Assembly: GCA_947085295.1 (NCBI GenBank)
Contig: CAMTVX010000005.1
Span: 2,149-66,148, forward strand
DNA length: 64,000 nucleotides
Direction of reading: 5' to 3'
From: an uncultured Alphaproteobacteria bacterium
GTDB lineage: Bacteria; Pseudomonadota; Alphaproteobacteria; UBA11222
Position 1 is the first letter of the stretch, and each line of letters opens with the position of its first letter. Shown piece after piece: positions 62,631 to 64,000 of this stretch. Below the pieces are notes generated by a model, which saw nothing but the letters and a program-made list of their open reading frames with translations, was not told where the DNA came from and did not search any database. The position numbers and the translations under genes are program-made.

Positions 62631-64000
62631 TTGATCCCTGCATCACGCAAGTTGACGCTGTGGGTGCTTGGCTTATGCCTGCTGTTACTAAGCGGCGCGG
62701 CACAGGCCGGGGAAAGCATCCAGGGGCTGCGGCTTGACGATAATTCCAATAAGACCCGCATCGTGCTCGATCTTTCGGACCGGCTTCCTTACTCATTTTT
62801 TACGCTCGCAGACCCCTACCGTGTTGTTATTGATCTGCCTGAGGTGGAATGGTCCGCCAGGTCGCGAAGCGCCAATTCAAATGCCGGTCTGGTATCGGGC
62901 TACCGTTTCGGTCTGTTTCAATCGGGTAATTCGCGTTTCGTACTGGATTTGCAGCAGCCGGCAAAGATTACCAACGCTTTCTATCGGGACACGGTAACGG
63001 GTACCGGCAGGACCAAATCGCGTACCAGCCAACTGGTCATTGATCTGGTGCGAACAGAACGCGAGAGTTTTTTGAAGACGGCCGGTTTCAAAGGCAGAAC
63101 CACCCCGTCCGTTACCGCGAAATTACCCGCTTCGTCGTCAGTGGCGGCGCCATCCATGCCCGGGGTAAAACCTCCCGCATCGACGACCATGCCGAAGGCG
63201 CCCTATATCGGCGCAGAGACCAACGCTAAAACCAATATTGCCGCATTTCTTCCGCCGCCAAATCCTCGTCGCGCGCATCCGCCGATGACAGAAGACGTCC
63301 TGCCCAGCCCTCCCGCTGTAAAACCTGCGTCACCTGCGGGCGTAACTTTAAAACCTGTGCGCGTCATTGTGATTGATGCGGGGCATGGCGGGGTGGACCC
63401 CGGGGCGATCACAGCCAAAGGGGTTTATGAAAAAACCATCGTACTGGATACCGCCCGACGGTTGCAGGCGCTGTTAAGCCGTGACGGGCGCTATAAAGTG
63501 TTGATGACGCGCGACAGTGATGTCTTTGTACGCTTGGGAGACAGGGTGCAGATCGCCCGCAATTCCGAGGCCGACCTGTTCATCTCCGTCCACGCCGATG
63601 CCCTGCTGACCCGCAAGGTGCGCGGGGCTTCGGTATACACCCTATCCGAACAGGCGTCCGACAAAGAGGCCGAACTACTCGCGGCAAAAGAAAATAACTC
63701 CGACATGATTGCCGGTATTGGCATTGGCGATGAAACCGATGAACTGGTAAAAACCATTCTGATCGATCTGGCGCAGCGCGAAACCACAAATAAATCCGTG
63801 TATTTCGCCAAATTATTATTACCTGAACTCAGTGATGCCGGCGCCCTGCTGAAAAATTCGCATCGCTATGCTGGATTCAGGGTGTTAAAGGCACCCGATG
63901 TGCCATCCGTTCTGGTGGAGTTGGGACTATTGTCGAACAACACAGATGCACGGGTACTTACCTCTTCTGCCGGACGCCAGCGGCTTGCCGAGGCGCTAAA
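62631..64000 (+). CDS. amiC: N-acetylmuramoyl-L-alanine amidase, AmiC-like (AMIN domain + amidase_3), 3'-truncated by the window end
   Basis: In the frame with codon starts divisible by 3: a signal peptide (...LTLWVLGLCLLLLSGAAQA), the AMIN domain LRLDDNSNKTRIVLDLSDRLPYSFFTLADPYRVVIDLPEVEW, a Pro-rich linker, and then the catalytic region RVIVIDAGHGGVDPGAI...DLFISVHADA. The start is ambiguous (TTG 62631 or GTG 62664), and the ORF is open to the window edge. Confidence 0.7.
   Translation, partial: MIPASRKLTLWVLGLCLLLLSGAAQAGESIQGLRLDDNSNKTRIVLDLSDRLPYSFFTLADPYRVVIDLPEVEWSARSRSANSNAGLVSGYRFGLFQSGNSRFVLDLQQPAKITNAFYRDTVTGTGRTKSRTSQLVIDLVRTERESFLKTAGFKGRTTPSVTAKLPASSSVAAPSMPGVKPPASTTMPKAPYIGAETNAKTNIAAFLPPPNPRRAHPPMTEDVLPSPPAVKPASPAGVTLKPVRVIVIDAGHGGVDPGAITAKGVYEKTIVLDTARRLQALLSRDGRYKVLMTRDSDVFVRLGDRVQIARNSEADLFISVHADALLTRKVRGASVYTLSEQASDKEAELLAAKENNSDMIAGIGIGDETDELVKTILIDLAQRETTNKSVYFAKLLLPELSDAGALLKNSHRYAGFRVLKAPDVPSVLVELGLLSNNTDARVLTSSAGRQRLAEAL

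Overview
The window is a 64-kb chromosomal segment with the gene content and order of an alphaproteobacterium (no closer placement is possible from sequence alone). It is mostly densely packed housekeeping genes. In coordinate order these are: rplM (partial), metY, the purC-purS-purQ-purL cluster followed by a bolA-like gene and grxD, gloB, metW/metX, a thiolase with an acyl-CoA carboxylase (mccB, enoyl-CoA hydratase, mccA) operon, thiD, glmM, folP, ftsH, tilS, the complete cpoB-pal-tolB-tolA-tolR-tolQ cluster, ruvB-ruvA-ruvC, yebC, cobT/cobS with a J-domain partner, bolA, aroB/aroK, xerD, accA, rne and the start of an amiC-like amidase. The less ordinary content is: (i) an mqsR/mqsA toxin-antitoxin locus next to xerD in which the toxin gene carries a single in-frame TAG exactly at the catalytic glutamine codon, while the antitoxin gene and a candidate operator palindrome remain intact; (ii) a PIN(VapC)/Phd-YefM-type toxin-antitoxin pair with a perfect palindromic operator; (iii) two families of nested palindromic, MITE/REP-like intergenic repeats (four full copies plus one mini-copy of family 1, two copies of a G-rich family 2), which also explain several false N-terminal ORF extensions in the ORF track; (iv) a 19-bp tandem direct-repeat array sitting 14 bp upstream of an unannotated 46-codon membrane ORF and a conserved secreted helical protein of unknown function; (v) an operon of an NAD-binding SDR-like gene, an MBOAT O-acyltransferase and a 359-aa single-pass periplasmic partner of unassigned family; (vi) two chemoreceptor paralogs that share a 38-nt perfectly identical stretch in their signalling domains; (vii) a roughly 225-nt ORF-free, hairpin-rich convergent intergenic region that is an sRNA candidate. 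No rRNA, tRNA, CRISPR array, transposase or prophage was found.
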